Below, in pieces: positions 1 through 11,465 of a stretch of 64,000 bases of DNA (positions are counted from its first letter, which is position 1; each line of letters starts with the position of its first letter). Location: positions 3,422 through 67,421 of the forward strand of contig CAZWNK010000001.1 in assembly GCA_964635445.1 (NCBI GenBank). The letters run 5' to 3'. A program made the position numbers and the translations under genes. This DNA comes from an uncultured Candidatus Saccharibacteria bacterium (GTDB lineage: Bacteria; Patescibacteriota; Saccharimonadia; Saccharimonadales; CAZDBS01). The notes below the pieces were generated by a model. The model was not told the DNA's origin. It ran no database searches and saw only the letters and a list, made by a program, of their open reading frames with translations.

Positions 1-271
1 GTAGTTCTTCATCCCCACAAATTGTTGCTATTAGTTCTTCAACTTGATCATTTTTAAACAAGCATCCTGCTCGCTTGAAGTATGCCTTTACATGCTCCCT
101 GTCTCGCGCTTTTGAAGCATCTGATTGAGGCTCACCTCTCTGCTCTGCAAAGTTGTATGCTTGTTGACAAATAATTGCAACCTCGAGCGCTTCGTTGCAT
201 ATGTCTGGATCGCAGGCATCGCATCGTTTACCTCTACCCCACACTTCAGGTATTAATGATACGTTAGCCAT
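1..271 (-). CDS. Hypothetical Cys-rich protein, partial (runs off the window start)
   Basis: Manual translation from ATG at 271, 4 nt after the rpsG stop: MANVSLIPEVWGRGKRCDACDPDICNEALEVAIICQQ... open to position 1. Not in the supplied ORF track. Confidence 0.55.
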   Translation of the reverse strand, partial: MANVSLIPEVWGRGKRCDACDPDICNEALEVAIICQQAYNFAEQRGEPQSDASKARDREHVKAYFKRAGCLFKNDQVEELIATICGDEEL

Positions 272-275
272 ATAC

Positions 276-755
276 CTAGAATCTCGCGAAGTGTGCAAAT
301 GCTCGGTTAGCTTCAGCCATGCGATGGGTGTCTTCCTTCTTCTTCACAGCAGAGCCAGTGTTGTTGTATGCATCGACGATCTCTGCAGCGATGCGGTTGG
401 CCATGCTCATACCTTTGCGTGCACGAGTCGCCTCGACGAACCACATCATAGTGAGGTGCATCTGACGCTGACCATGTACTTCAAACGGTACCTGGAAGTT
501 GGCGCCACCAACACGTCGAGAACGAGTCTCGAGATGAGGTTTGACATTGTTGATAGCCTTTTCGAGAACTTCGAGAGGATTATCGGACTTGAGTCTTTCG
601 GCAGCAATATCCATACCACTGTAGACAAGTCGCTCGGCAAGAGTTTTCTTGCCATCCCACATCACACGGTTGATGAGACGCTGAACAAGCTGGCTGTTGT
701 AGCGACGATCAGGCATTACTTCGCGTTGGAGAGATTTGGTAACTTTACGTGGCAT
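276..755 (-). CDS. rpsG: 30S ribosomal protein S7
   Basis: MPRK start, [12 protein letters not shown] and [13 protein letters not shown] motifs. Confidence 0.98.
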   Translation of the reverse strand: MPRKVTKSLQREVMPDRRYNSQLVQRLINRVMWDGKKTLAERLVYSGMDIAAERLKSDNPLEVLEKAINNVKPHLETRSRRVGGANFQVPFEVHGQRQMHLTMMWFVEATRARKGMSMANRIAAEIVDAYNNTGSAVKKKEDTHRMAEANRAFAHFARF

Positions 756-1168
756 TATTTGCTCTCTTTCTTGGCACCATAGCGGCTGCGACGTTGTTTG
801 CGACCGTTGACACCTTGGAGGTCGAGCGTACCACGCACGATGTGATAGCGTACACCGGGGAGATCAGGCACGCGTCCACCACGAACAAGCACAACTGCAT
901 GCTCTTGGAGGTTATGGCCTTCCCCTGGGATATATGCCCAAACTTCATACCCATTCGTCAAACGTACACGAGCTACTTTGCGAAGTGCTGAGTTTGGTTT
1001 CTTTGGAGTTTTGGTCGTAACTTTGATACAGACACCGCGTTTGAATGGTCCTGGCTTCTCGTAGGATTTGACCTTGAGATTGTTGACCACGCGCTGCATA
1101 GCTGGTGACTTCGATTTCTTGGTCACCTTGGAACGAGGCTTGCGTACTAACTGATTGATTGTAGGCAC
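755..1168 (-). CDS. rpsL: 30S ribosomal protein S12
   Basis: [31 protein letters not shown]. Confidence 0.99.
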   Translation of the reverse strand: MPTINQLVRKPRSKVTKKSKSPAMQRVVNNLKVKSYEKPGPFKRGVCIKVTTKTPKKPNSALRKVARVRLTNGYEVWAYIPGEGHNLQEHAVVLVRGGRVPDLPGVRYHIVRGTLDLQGVNGRKQRRSRYGAKKESK

Positions 1169-1283
1169 TAGAAAATATTCCTTATCATTAAAGGTGATAG
1201 ATCGCAGGCACGAGCAGCACGTTCGATACCTGCAACCTTCCCCTGTTCACTTCTATTGAAACTCGTGGTAAATCTTACCAGAT

Positions 1284-4200
1284 TTACTCCTCTGAAGCAA
1301 TATCGGCGTCTTCTTCGCTCATCGGTCGGCCAGTTCCGACTGGAATGCGTCGACCGAGGATGACGTTTTCTTTGAGGCCGTAGAGTTCATCAACTTTACC
1401 ACTCGTTGCCGCGTTGATCAGCACACGAGTCGTGTCTTGGAAGCTTGCTGCACTCAAGAATGAGTCAGACCAGGTAGAGACTTTTGCGATGCCGAGCAGG
1501 AGCTGATTGTAGACAGCAGGGTTTTTGCCCTCTGAGACAAGCTTTTGGTTTGCTTCAACAACTGCAGCCTTGCTGACGATGTCGCCGGTGACAAAGAGAC
1601 TGTCGCCTGGCTCCTCAATCTGAACGCGGCTAAACATCTGTCGAACGATGACTTCGATATGCTTGTCAGCGATGTTTTGACCCTGTGCAGCATAGATACG
1701 AAGAACTTCGTTGATGATGTAGCGTTGTGTCGCTTCGATGCCTTTGAGACGCATGAGGTCATGAAGGTTGATCGAACCTGCGGTCAGGCGATCGCCTTGA
1801 CTGACATGATCACCATCTTTGACGACGAGCTGTTTGAATGATGGGATTTCATACCGTACAGAAGCGCCTTCTTTCGGTCGAACCAAGATGTTGGCTTTGG
1901 TCACTTCGACGACACCAGCAACCGGTGCGATCAGTGGCTCTTCGCCTTCGTCTTTGGCAGCAATCACGTCACCAATAGCGACTTCCGTGCCAGATTTGAG
2001 ACTTGCTTTGCGGCCATCAAGCTTCAATTTGATCGGCTCTTGTGTATCGGCAGTGATCTGGACAATATAGCTATTGCCCTCTTCCCAGGCGTGTACGGTA
2101 CCAGCGAGGTCAGCAAGATATGCCTGACCTTTCGGGGTGCGCGCTTCGAACAACTCTTCTACACGAGGGAGACCCTGGGTGATATCGGCTGCAGCCGCGA
2201 GACCTGACTGGTGGAAAGTACGAAGCGTCAACTGCGTACCAGGCTCACCGACTGATTGCGCAGCGATGACGCCGACCGGCTGAAAGGCTTCGATCAGTTT
2301 ACCGGTAGCCATGTCGAGACCGTAGCTCTTGCGGTTGACACCGCGGAGATTACTACTGGTCAGTACGGACATGATCTTCACTTCATTGATATCACTCCCG
2401 TCAATCTTGCTTGCAGCTTCTCGAGTGATGACGCCGCCTTTTTTGACAACTTTCTCATCGCCCACTTTGATGTCTTCAGCTGCATAGCGTCCTGCTATGC
2501 GGTTCGCGAATTTCAGACCGATATCCTCAGACTCGGCACGATATACGACGAAGCCAGGGTCTTCAAACTCACCCTCAACTGTGAAGACGTCTTGTGCGAC
2601 ATCGACCATACGACGAGTCAGGTATCCTGAGTCGGCTGTCTTGAGGGCTGTGTCGATGAGACCTTTACGTGAAGCACGGGTATCTACGAAGTATTCAAGC
2701 GGCGAGAAGCCGACTTTGTAGCTTGATTTGATCGGAAGCTCGATCTCACGACCTGTCGCGTCCACGACCATACCTTTCATACCGCCAGCAAGTTTGATGT
2801 TGCTGATATCGCCACGAGCACCAGAGTCAACCATGATAGACACAGATGTGTCCTGGCCAACAAGCTGACTTCGAAGTAGCTCAAGCACTCGTTCATCGAT
2901 CTCGCGCCAGTTTTTGACAGTCAACTGATATCGCTCTTCTTCGGTGATAAAGCCCTGTTCGTACTGCTCGTTGATAGCAGCAGTCTTCTCGTCACCTTCA
3001 TCGATCAATTTATCGAGACCATTGATATCGACATAATCATCCATGCCCGTCGACAAGCCAGAGCGAGTCGCTGCTTGGAATCCGAGGTCTTTCATATTGT
3101 CAGCGATGGTCGCCATGACATCTTCGCCGTATTTCTCGAAGATTTCAGCGAGTACACCTTTGAGTTTCTTTTTACCAAATACATCGTTTTGGTAAGCGAA
3201 ATCTTCAGGCAAAATCTCATTGAACAATACTCGACCGAGCGTCGTGTCGCGCATCTCGCCTTTGACGGATACCACGATAGGAGACTGTAGTTTGATCTCG
3301 TCTTGGTCGTATGCGAACTCTGCTTCTGATACCGAAGAAAATCGTCGTGGGGTGCCTTGTGCCGATGGCTTGATATAGGTCAAGTAGTAACAACCAAGCA
3401 CGATATCCTGGGTGATAGACAAGACCGGTTCACCATCTGCTGGTTTCAGCAAGTTGCGAGTTGCAGCCATAAGATCACGGGCTTCTTTTTGTGCTTCATC
3501 AGACAATGGCAAGTGCACGGCCATCTGGTCACCATCAAAGTCGGCATTGAAACCTGCGCAGACGAGAGGATGGAGCTGGATAGCTTTACCTTCGATAAGG
3601 CGCGGCTGGAATGCCAAGACGCTAAGGCGGTGAAGTGTTGGAGCGCGGTTGAGAAGTACGTACTTGTCTTTGATGACTTCATCAAGTGCATCCCAGACAG
3701 CAACGTCCCCAGACTCGATCATACGAGTAGCGCTTTTGATGTTGTGAGCCAGATCCTTTGCGATCAAGTTTCCGATGACAAACGGTTTAAACAACTCGAG
3801 TGCCATCATCTTCGGCAAACCACACTCCGTGATACGGAGCTCTGGACCAGATACGATAACCGAACGACCAGAGTAGTCGACACGCTTACCGAGCAGGTTC
3901 TGACGGAAACGGCCTTGCTTACCTTTGAGCATGTCACTGAGCGACTTCAGGCGGCGTCGATTGCCTGTCGCGCTGACTGCACGACCGGTTCGAGCGTTAC
4001 TATTATCGACGAGAGCGTCGACAGCTTCTTGCAGCATGCGCATTTCATTACGACGGATGACCTCAGGTGCGTTGAGTTCGATCAGCTTCTTCAGTCGATT
4101 GTTGCGATTGATCACGCGACGATAGAGATCATTGAGGTCAGATGTTGCAAAACGCCCACCATTGAGCTGAACCATAGGTCGGAGGTCTGGCGGAATGACT

Positions 4201-5096
4201 GGTAAGACGGTGATGCACATGCTCGATGGCTCGATGCCTGCGCGGTGCATGCTTTCCAAAATCTTGAGCCGCTTCATAGCCTTTTTCTTGCGTTGGCCTT
4301 TGGTGTTTTCAACTTCTTCATTGAGCTGTTTGATGAGCTCTGGCAACTCGATCGTATCCAACATAGCTTTGAGTGCGGTACCACCCATGCCTACTTTGAT
4401 GAGGTCTTGGACCTCTTCAGGCAAGTTACGGTACTCAGCTTCGCTGATAAGTCGGAATTGTTCGAGATTTTGGAGTTGTGTCTTGCGCTCATTGTAGCTA
4501 TCCATGACTTCGCCGAGCTCTTTTGTCTGAGCTTCTGCAAGTGCTTTAGGATTCGCGTCCTCTTTTTCAGCTTCAGCTTTGTAGCGAGCTTCGATAGCTT
4601 CTTTGGCGTGTGCACTCTCGGCCTCGATATCTGCAAGCATTTGGTCACGCTTCTCGGTATTCACCGTCATGATGACGTATGATGCAAAGTAAGCAATACG
4701 CTCGAGGTTCTTGACTGTCATGCCAAGTAAAAGGCCGATCGCACTCGGTGTACCACGAAGGAACCAAATATGAGCGACAGGTGCGGCCAAACTAATATGA
4801 CCCATGCGCTCTCGTCGGACGATCGAGCGTGTGACGAGCTCACCGTTTTTGTCGACGGCTGCTTCTCGGCTACGAAGGCCTTTGTATTTGGCATCATGTG
4901 GGTTGATATCTTTTTGTGGTCCAAAGATTTTTTCGCAGAACAAACCATCTCGCTCAGGCTTCTGAGTTCGGTAGTTGATAGTTTCTGGTTTGGTCACTTC
5001 ACCGTACGACCAGTTCAATATATCTGTTGGACTGGCGACTGCGAGGCGTACTGCATCGAAATCAGCGATATTTGTACTGTGCGAAAACTTACGCAT
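1284..5096 (-). CDS. rpoC: RNA polymerase beta' subunit
   Basis: [12 protein letters not shown] catalytic motif and [20 protein letters not shown]. Start placed at ATG 5096, overlapping the rpoB end. Confidence 0.98.
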   Translation of the reverse strand: MRKFSHSTNIADFDAVRLAVASPTDILNWSYGEVTKPETINYRTQKPERDGLFCEKIFGPQKDINPHDAKYKGLRSREAAVDKNGELVTRSIVRRERMGHISLAAPVAHIWFLRGTPSAIGLLLGMTVKNLERIAYFASYVIMTVNTEKRDQMLADIEAESAHAKEAIEARYKAEAEKEDANPKALAEAQTKELGEVMDSYNERKTQLQNLEQFRLISEAEYRNLPEEVQDLIKVGMGGTALKAMLDTIELPELIKQLNEEVENTKGQRKKKAMKRLKILESMHRAGIEPSSMCITVLPVIPPDLRPMVQLNGGRFATSDLNDLYRRVINRNNRLKKLIELNAPEVIRRNEMRMLQEAVDALVDNSNARTGRAVSATGNRRRLKSLSDMLKGKQGRFRQNLLGKRVDYSGRSVIVSGPELRITECGLPKMMALELFKPFVIGNLIAKDLAHNIKSATRMIESGDVAVWDALDEVIKDKYVLLNRAPTLHRLSVLAFQPRLIEGKAIQLHPLVCAGFNADFDGDQMAVHLPLSDEAQKEARDLMAATRNLLKPADGEPVLSITQDIVLGCYYLTYIKPSAQGTPRRFSSVSEAEFAYDQDEIKLQSPIVVSVKGEMRDTTLGRVLFNEILPEDFAYQNDVFGKKKLKGVLAEIFEKYGEDVMATIADNMKDLGFQAATRSGLSTGMDDYVDINGLDKLIDEGDEKTAAINEQYEQGFITEEERYQLTVKNWREIDERVLELLRSQLVGQDTSVSIMVDSGARGDISNIKLAGGMKGMVVDATGREIELPIKSSYKVGFSPLEYFVDTRASRKGLIDTALKTADSGYLTRRMVDVAQDVFTVEGEFEDPGFVVYRAESEDIGLKFANRIAGRYAAEDIKVGDEKVVKKGGVITREAASKIDGSDINEVKIMSVLTSSNLRGVNRKSYGLDMATGKLIEAFQPVGVIAAQSVGEPGTQLTLRTFHQSGLAAAADITQGLPRVEELFEARTPKGQAYLADLAGTVHAWEEGNSYIVQITADTQEPIKLKLDGRKASLKSGTEVAIGDVIAAKDEGEEPLIAPVAGVVEVTKANILVRPKEGASVRYEIPSFKQLVVKDGDHVSQGDRLTAGSINLHDLMRLKGIEATQRYIINEVLRIYAAQGQNIADKHIEVIVRQMFSRVQIEEPGDSLFVTGDIVSKAAVVEANQKLVSEGKNPAVYNQLLLGIAKVSTWSDSFLSAASFQDTTRVLINAATSGKVDELYGLKENVILGRRIPVGTGRPMSEEDADIASEE

Positions 5097-8000
5097 TATC
5101 GATGTCCTCCTCAATTTCGTTAGCTATTACGTCATCCGTCACATCATCTGGCAATCCAGAATCACCTGCGTCATCATCGAGTACGAAGTCATCGTTGACG
5201 ATGCCCGCGCTGACACCAACTGCCTGTTGATCATCTGGCATATCGACACCTGCTGGGTGTGTTGCTTCATTGTGGATGTTTTCGGCGAGAAGTTTCTCGG
5301 CGTCTATCGCTGCTTGACCATGCTGGTCAACAAGATCGACTTTGAGGCTGAGGCCTTGAAGTTCCTTCACGAGCACGTTGAACGACTCAGGAACCTGCGG
5401 ACCCTGAATATCAGTGCCTTTGATGATCGACTCATACGCCTTGGAGCGTCCGTATACATCGTCGGACTTGAGTGTCAGCATCTCTTGAAGTGTATATGCA
5501 GCACCGTATGCTTCGAGTGCCCATACCTCCATCTCTCCGAAGCGTTGACCACCGTTTTGCGCCTTACCACCGAGAGGTTGCTGTGTGACCATCGTGTATG
5601 GTCCAGTTGAGCGGGCATGAATCTTGTCTGCAATCATGTGATGCAGTTTGATCATGTACATGTTGCCGACTGTCGTTCGTTCAGCGAACGGTTCACCGGT
5701 ACGGCCGTCATAGAGTTGTGCCTTACCATCGGTATCACGACCTGCTTCTGCGAGCAGCTCTTTGATCTTCTCAGTTGAGACGCCATTAAATGGTTCTGTG
5801 ACAACTTTCATACCAAGAGCACGTGCAGCCATACCCAAGTGGGTTTCAAATAGCTGACCGATATTCATACGAGATGGCACACCAAGCGGGTTCAAAATGA
5901 CATCAACTGGTGTCCCGTCAGCCAAGAATGGCATATCTTCTACTGGTAAAATTCGAGCGACGACACCTTTGTTTCCGTGACGTCCAGCAAGCTTATCGCC
6001 AACTTGGACTTTGCGCATCTGAGCGACAAACACCTGGATCTGCATGATGACACCAGCTTTGAGCTCATGACCATTTTCTCGAGAGAAAATTTTCACGCCC
6101 ACGACCTTGCCATGCTTCCCGTTACTCATACGCTGAGAGGTGTCACGAACATCCTTAGCTTTTTCGCCAAAGATAGCGCGAAGCAGTCGCTCTTCACTTG
6201 AGAGCTCTTGTTCACCTTTTGGCGTGATTTTTCCGACGAGAATATCACCCGGATGCACCTCGGCACCGATGCGAACAATACCGTTCTCATCAAGATGTCG
6301 AAGGCTTTCTTCTGAGACATTTGGGATATCTGCAGTGACGACTTCAGGTCCAAGCTTGGTTTCGCGAACTTCAGTCATATAGTCGACGATGTGGATTGAG
6401 GTAAGCTCATCGTCCTGAACGATTCGTTGCGACAAGATGATGGAGTCTTCGTAGTTGTAACCACCCCATGGCATGAAGGCGACAATAAAGTCTTTGCCAA
6501 GTGCAAGCTCACCATTTTCAATCGACATACCATCGATCAAGACATCGCCTTTTTTGACCTTTTGGCCTGTTTCGACGACAACTTTCTGATTGATACATGA
6601 ACCTTCGTTGCTTCGGATGAAGTGCATCGGCGTGTATTTGACATCGCCATTTTTGGTACGCAGGACTACTTCTCGTCCTTCGGCCTTGACTACCTCACCA
6701 TCTGTTTCGGCATAGACTGCTTGGCCTGAGTTACGCGCAGTGACCTCTTCCATACCAGTACCGACGATTGGTGCTGTAGGACGAAGGAGTGGTACGGCCT
6801 GTTTCTGCATGTTCGAACCGGTCAGAGCACGGTCCACACGGTCCTTCTCGATGTATGGAACAAGCGCAGCAGTTGAGCCCAAAATCTGAAGATTGGAGGC
6901 GTCCATGTGCGTTACTTGGTCCGTATCAACCTGTCCAGGGCGGAGTTTGATACGAGCACTGACACGAGATTCGACAAAAGAGCCGTCATCTTTTAGCTGA
7001 TTACCAGCTCCTGCGATGACAGCATTTTCTTCTGCTGCTGCATCGAGATACTCGATCTCGCCAGTTACTTTGCCTTTGACAACCTTGCGATATGGCGATT
7101 CGACAAATCCATATTCATTGATACGAGCATAACTACCGAGATTGAGCACGAGACCGATGTTTGGTCCTTCTGGTGTTTCTACGGCGCAGATTCGACCATA
7201 GTGTGTGGCGTGAGCGTCACGAACCTCAAATCCGGCTCGTTCTCGTGAGAGACCACCTGGACCAAGTGAGCTAAGACGTCGTTTGTGCGAGAGCTCAGAG
7301 ATTGGGTTGGTCTGCTCCATGAACTGACTCAGCTGCGAGCTAGCAAAAAACTCTCGAACTGCTGCGACAATCGGTCGAGCATTGATGAGCTGGCCTGGTG
7401 TGACAGTTTCGATATCACTCATCGACATGCGATCTTTTGCATTGCGCTCCATGCGGAGGAGTCCGATACGGAATTGTCGCTGTACGAGTTCGCCAACGAG
7501 TTTGACGCGGCGATTAGCGAGACTGTCGATATCATCAGGTTCTTCTTGGGTATTATTCAGTCGGATGATTTCAGCAATGATCGCTTTGAGATCGTCGAGT
7601 CGCATAACTCGATTTTCTGTAGTATTTGGCACATCTAGTGCGAGTCGCTTGTTGATCTTATAACGACCGACTCGAGAGAAGTCGAAACGCTTGAAGTTGA
7701 AGAACATGTTTTCGATAAGGCTACGAGCGTTATCGACAGTTGCGAGATCACCAGGTCGGAGACGACGATAGACTTCGATCAAAGCATCGCTGTTACCTTT
7801 TGATGGATCCTTTTCGATAGTTGCGTTGATGTACGAGACTTCGCCGGTATCAACGTCTTTGAATAGTTCTGTGAGCGCAGTATTTGTGCTAACACCGAGC
7901 GCGCGGAGTAGCGTAGTGACCGGGATTTTGCGTCGTCGGTCGATTTTGACATACATAGCGCCATTGGATGAGGTCTCAAACTCCAACCATGCACCACGGC

Positions 8001-8496
8001 CAGGAATTACCTTCGCCCCGTAGAGCAAACGTGAACCGCTCGCCTCAGCAGTGAAAAATACTCCTGGGCTACGGATCAACTGAGACACGACTACACGATC
8101 AGCACCGTTGATAATGAATGTTCCGCGCTCTGTCATCCATGGATAATCACCGAGGTAGATCTCTTGGTCTTTGACTTCACCAGTGACTTTGTTGGTCAGC
8201 TCGATAGTTGCTTTGAGCGGAGCCTCATAACTGATGTTGTTTTCCCGCGCTTCCATTTCGCTTATTTTGGGGGCGTCGAAATGATATTGCTTAAAACGAA
8301 GCTCTAGTTTGGTACCCGTATAATCCTCGATAGGATTAACCTCAGCAAAAATCTCGCCCAAACCCTCTTCTACGAACCATTTGAAGCTTTGCAGCTGGTG
8401 CGTGATAAGGTTTGGCAACTCGAGACGGTCCTGAGTCTTAGTGAAATATTGGCGGGCTACTTTCTTAGTAGCCTGCCTACTCACAGTCTTGGCCAT
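5089..8496 (-). CDS. rpoB: RNA polymerase beta subunit
   Basis: GDKLAGRHGNKGV, GGQRFGEMEVWALEAYGAA, ETPEGPNIGL. Confidence 0.99.
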   Translation of the reverse strand: MAKTVSRQATKKVARQYFTKTQDRLELPNLITHQLQSFKWFVEEGLGEIFAEVNPIEDYTGTKLELRFKQYHFDAPKISEMEARENNISYEAPLKATIELTNKVTGEVKDQEIYLGDYPWMTERGTFIINGADRVVVSQLIRSPGVFFTAEASGSRLLYGAKVIPGRGAWLEFETSSNGAMYVKIDRRRKIPVTTLLRALGVSTNTALTELFKDVDTGEVSYINATIEKDPSKGNSDALIEVYRRLRPGDLATVDNARSLIENMFFNFKRFDFSRVGRYKINKRLALDVPNTTENRVMRLDDLKAIIAEIIRLNNTQEEPDDIDSLANRRVKLVGELVQRQFRIGLLRMERNAKDRMSMSDIETVTPGQLINARPIVAAVREFFASSQLSQFMEQTNPISELSHKRRLSSLGPGGLSRERAGFEVRDAHATHYGRICAVETPEGPNIGLVLNLGSYARINEYGFVESPYRKVVKGKVTGEIEYLDAAAEENAVIAGAGNQLKDDGSFVESRVSARIKLRPGQVDTDQVTHMDASNLQILGSTAALVPYIEKDRVDRALTGSNMQKQAVPLLRPTAPIVGTGMEEVTARNSGQAVYAETDGEVVKAEGREVVLRTKNGDVKYTPMHFIRSNEGSCINQKVVVETGQKVKKGDVLIDGMSIENGELALGKDFIVAFMPWGGYNYEDSIILSQRIVQDDELTSIHIVDYMTEVRETKLGPEVVTADIPNVSEESLRHLDENGIVRIGAEVHPGDILVGKITPKGEQELSSEERLLRAIFGEKAKDVRDTSQRMSNGKHGKVVGVKIFSRENGHELKAGVIMQIQVFVAQMRKVQVGDKLAGRHGNKGVVARILPVEDMPFLADGTPVDVILNPLGVPSRMNIGQLFETHLGMAARALGMKVVTEPFNGVSTEKIKELLAEAGRDTDGKAQLYDGRTGEPFAERTTVGNMYMIKLHHMIADKIHARSTGPYTMVTQQPLGGKAQNGGQRFGEMEVWALEAYGAAYTLQEMLTLKSDDVYGRSKAYESIIKGTDIQGPQVPESFNVLVKELQGLSLKVDLVDQHGQAAIDAEKLLAENIHNEATHPAGVDMPDDQQAVGVSAGIVNDDFVLDDDAGDSGLPDDVTDDVIANEIEEDIDNA

Positions 8497-8511
8497 GTAT
8501 TTCCCCTTATT

Positions 8512-8619
8512 GCCAGAGTGTCACCACCATTAGACGCTTCTCGCAGTAGCGTCTATGGAGCTCAGATGAACTCTATAGAGACTGATCAGGTCTCTAAATA
8601 TCCAGATGGTGATTCTGGC
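8512..8619 (-). promoter_or_regulatory. Structured multibranch element in the rpoB 5' leader
   Basis: Outer stem GCCAGA..TCACCAT / ATGGTGGTGACACTCTGGC encloses three hairpins, just upstream of the rpoB RBS (AAGGGGA). Confidence 0.5.
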
Positions 8620-8734
8620 TGCTTTATATTGTCTTCGGTCGCGCTATCGAAGGCTTCTAAGTCTCTCCCACTCGTTTGCCACCCTGATCTGTTCTGGCGC
8701 ACAGCGAAATGACTTACTCTACTTCTTACGTACA

Positions 8735-8763
8735 ATTTTGACGGAAATGATAATCAATGTCAA
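8735..8763 (-). promoter_or_regulatory. Putative sigma70 promoter of rpoBC
   Basis: TTGACA-N17-CAAAAT on the minus strand. Confidence 0.5.
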
Positions 8764-8816
8764 GCAATATTACAGGCCTACCACCAATATTTCGTGTTCA
8801 GTATTCGTAAGTATCG

Positions 8817-9437
8817 CTAACGATTTGCGATAACTTTGTCTACGAGACCATATGTCTTCGCTTCATCAGCGTCAAACCATCGGTCACGTTCCATATCGTC
8901 ATGGATTTTACTGACTTTTTGACCGGTATTTTTAGCCATGATCTCTTCCATGCGGCGCTTCAACTTCGTCATTTGCTCGAGCGTAATTTCCATATCCGTG
9001 ATTTGTCCTTGAGTGCCTGCGTGCGGCTGATGAATCATGACCTTGGAGTTGGGCAGTGCAAGTCGCTTACCTTTGGCACCGGAACTAAGTAAAAATGCTG
9101 CAGCACTTGCAGCCATACCGATAGCAACTGTATTCACATCTGATTTGATGTAATTCATGACGTCGTAGATGGCCAAAGAGTCATAGACACTACCACCGGG
9201 ACTATTGATATACATGAAAATATCTTTCTTGGGGTCTTCGTACTCAAGATGCAAGAGTTGGGCTACGATGAGGTTTGCTGTGTGTTCGTTGACTTGATCG
9301 CCGAGGAATATGATTCGCTCTTTGAGCAATCGTGAATAGATATCGTAGGCGCGTTCGACTCGCCCATCTGATTCGATAACTGTTGGCACTAGTATAGAAC
9401 TTTTCGGATCTTTCATATCACTACCATTTGTATTCAT
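8817..9437 (-). CDS. clpP: ATP-dependent Clp protease proteolytic subunit
   Basis: [34 protein letters not shown]. Start chosen after SD AGAGGGGA. Confidence 0.97.
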   Translation of the reverse strand: MNTNGSDMKDPKSSILVPTVIESDGRVERAYDIYSRLLKERIIFLGDQVNEHTANLIVAQLLHLEYEDPKKDIFMYINSPGGSVYDSLAIYDVMNYIKSDVNTVAIGMAASAAAFLLSSGAKGKRLALPNSKVMIHQPHAGTQGQITDMEITLEQMTKLKRRMEEIMAKNTGQKVSKIHDDMERDRWFDADEAKTYGLVDKVIANR

Positions 9438-9477
9438 GAGATTCCCCTCTAATAATTGCACCAATCACTATATAGAA

Positions 9478-9504
9478 TTAGCACTCTAATGTCTAGAGTG
9501 CTAA
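9478..9504. promoter_or_regulatory. CIRCE element (HrcA operator) upstream of clpP
   Basis: Perfect TTAGCACTC-N9-GAGTGCTAA. Confidence 0.93.
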
Positions 9505-9521
9505 TTCACTCGCGATGCTCG

Positions 9522-9621
9522 TTCATAGGAAGAGGCGAATCCTCCTCCTATCCCTCAGCTGAAGCTTCGGTGTTCTCCTCCCCACTTGAGACAATAACTC
9601 GAAATAAATTCGAGTTATTGT
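9522..9621 (-). repeat. Repeat family A, copy 1 (hairpin + purine mirror tract + hairpin)
   Basis: Homologous to 10043-10142 (inverted) and 29583-29701. Confidence 0.85.
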
Positions 9622-9635
9622 AATTTGTTTTAATT

Positions 9636-9986
9636 CTACGCAACTATTGATTCAGTATCACTCTCTTTGGTGTGTATACCGAAGAGTTCAGCTGCTCGTG
9701 CATCAACGATAAGCATGTCTAGCTCGTCGTCGCCTTCTCTATGAACGCAGGTTTGTAGAAGTGCTTTTACGGTTTCCGGTTCTATAACAAGTTGCTCTGT
9801 CTGTGATGGCGTTAGATTTCCGTTTTTATCAACTTTTTTTCTAACAGCTTCGAATACTGCCGATGCGATCGAGGCCTCGTACATTGTAGATCGGAGAGAC
9901 AGGAGTTCAGTGGCGGCACGTATTTGTGATGGGGTTTCAAGAACTCCGCCTTGGATACGGTCATATTGGTCAAATAAAATATTCAT
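9636..9986 (-). CDS. Orphan hypothetical protein between inverted repeats
   Basis: 116-aa ORF with no recognised motif. Confidence 0.6.
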   Translation of the reverse strand: MNILFDQYDRIQGGVLETPSQIRAATELLSLRSTMYEASIASAVFEAVRKKVDKNGNLTPSQTEQLVIEPETVKALLQTCVHREGDDELDMLIVDARAAELFGIHTKESDTESIVA

Positions 9987-10042
9987 ATCTTGCTTTTAGC
10001 ACAGATTGTAACCAGATGTAAAGCCTCGCAATAAACCGACGA

Positions 10043-10142
10043 CTAAGATATTGGATTCACTCCAATATCTTAGATTCCTTTGGGGAGGAGAACACCGGAG
10101 CGCAGCGAAGGGATAAGAGGAGGATTCACCTCCTCTTATGAG
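10043..10142 (+). repeat. Repeat family A, copy 2
   Basis: CTAAGATATTGGA-TTCAC-TCCAATATCTTAG..TGGGGAGGAGAACACCG..AGGGATAAGAGGAGGATTCACCTCCTCTTATGAG. Confidence 0.85.
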
Positions 10143-10150
10143 TGAGTAGA

Positions 10151-11440
10151 TTATGCTTTTGCATAATCTATGAGACGGGCAAGTGTTTTCTCGCTCATCA
10201 TCTGGCTCATGATATTGCGACGAGCTTCGGATTTGTCGAGTTCGGCTTGCATCGCTGGGTCGGACGCATACTGTCCTTTGAGAAGCTGGATTCGGATTTC
10301 CAGTTCTTCTGGCGTGATCTCGATTTTCTCTTTTTCGGAGATCTCGCTCAGGACGATGCCGGTTTTGACTCGTCGTTCAGCTTCTGGTCGCAGTTCCTTC
10401 TCCTTGAGTTCTTCTTCATCTTTGTATCCAGCTTGGGTTAAGTACTCACTGATTGTCATGCCTCGGTAAACGAGATTCTGCTTGAAATCAACAAGTGCTC
10501 TTTCTAGTTGCTCCCTGACTAGGACTTCTGGAAGTGCGGCTTTACTTTTATCGACAATTTCGCTCAAGAGTTCGTTTTCATAGGTATTCTGAGCTCGCGA
10601 TTGCTTCTCGTGCTCGAGTTGAGTTTTGATATCTTTACGAAGCTCAGCCACAGATTTGAACGGGCCAGACTTGGCGGCAAAGTCGGCGTCCACTTTAGGC
10701 AATACGACTTCTTGGACTTTATTGACTGTGACTGTGAAATCTACCTTGACTCCCGCGAGAGGCTTGTGTCCATAATCTTTCGGAAAGGTGACTTTAAACG
10801 TCTTCACTTCGCCTGCTTTCATACCGACAACATTCTCTTCAAACCCTGGGATAAACGTATTAGATCCAAGTACAAGCGGATATTCTTTGCCACTTGCTCC
10901 CGCAACCGCTTCACCTTTGGCGTCTTTACCATCAAAATCAATCATGACTTGATCGCCATCTTTGGATGCACGGTCGACATCTTTTTTCTCACTCATTCGA
11001 AGTCGGAGATTTTCGATAACGTCATCGACATCTTTGTCATCAACCGGTTCGACTTTAGGTGATTTTTTGATCTTCGTATAGTCTGGCAACGAGACACTAC
11101 CAACCACCTGCACCACAGCCACGAACGAAAGAGTCGTAAATGGCACAAATGCACTCAGTGTGACATCAGGCCGATCGATCGGTTTAAGCTTTTCTTGGAT
11201 CGCCGCATCCATGTAGAGACGGCTGATCGTATCTTCTAAAAATTCTGTTTGCAAGACATTTTGATCGACACTCTTCTCGACCATCGCTATCGGCGCTTTG
11301 CCTTTACGAAACCCGCCAACTTTCAGGTCTTTTGCGAGTCGCTGGAGTGTCTTCTGTTTGAAATGCTCGAGTTCATTGCTATCGGCTGTGATCTCTAGTT
11401 TGATTTCTGTCTCAGATGTATTGGTTCTCTTGATTTGCAT
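10151..11440 (-). CDS. tig: Trigger factor
   Basis: GFRKGKAP ribosome-binding motif and FKBP domain (FIPGFEE, FPKDY). Confidence 0.97.
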   Translation of the reverse strand: MQIKRTNTSETEIKLEITADSNELEHFKQKTLQRLAKDLKVGGFRKGKAPIAMVEKSVDQNVLQTEFLEDTISRLYMDAAIQEKLKPIDRPDVTLSAFVPFTTLSFVAVVQVVGSVSLPDYTKIKKSPKVEPVDDKDVDDVIENLRLRMSEKKDVDRASKDGDQVMIDFDGKDAKGEAVAGASGKEYPLVLGSNTFIPGFEENVVGMKAGEVKTFKVTFPKDYGHKPLAGVKVDFTVTVNKVQEVVLPKVDADFAAKSGPFKSVAELRKDIKTQLEHEKQSRAQNTYENELLSEIVDKSKAALPEVLVREQLERALVDFKQNLVYRGMTISEYLTQAGYKDEEELKEKELRPEAERRVKTGIVLSEISEKEKIEITPEELEIRIQLLKGQYASDPAMQAELDKSEARRNIMSQMMSEKTLARLIDYAKA

Positions 11441-11465
11441 GGCTTCCCATTATACACATCATCTG

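Noticed and set aside
195-8023. Long antisense ORFs opposite rpsG, rpoC and rpoB (e.g. 3357-4205)
   Set aside because: Shadow ORFs of conserved genes with no independent motifs; the same applies to similar ORFs opposite other core genes.
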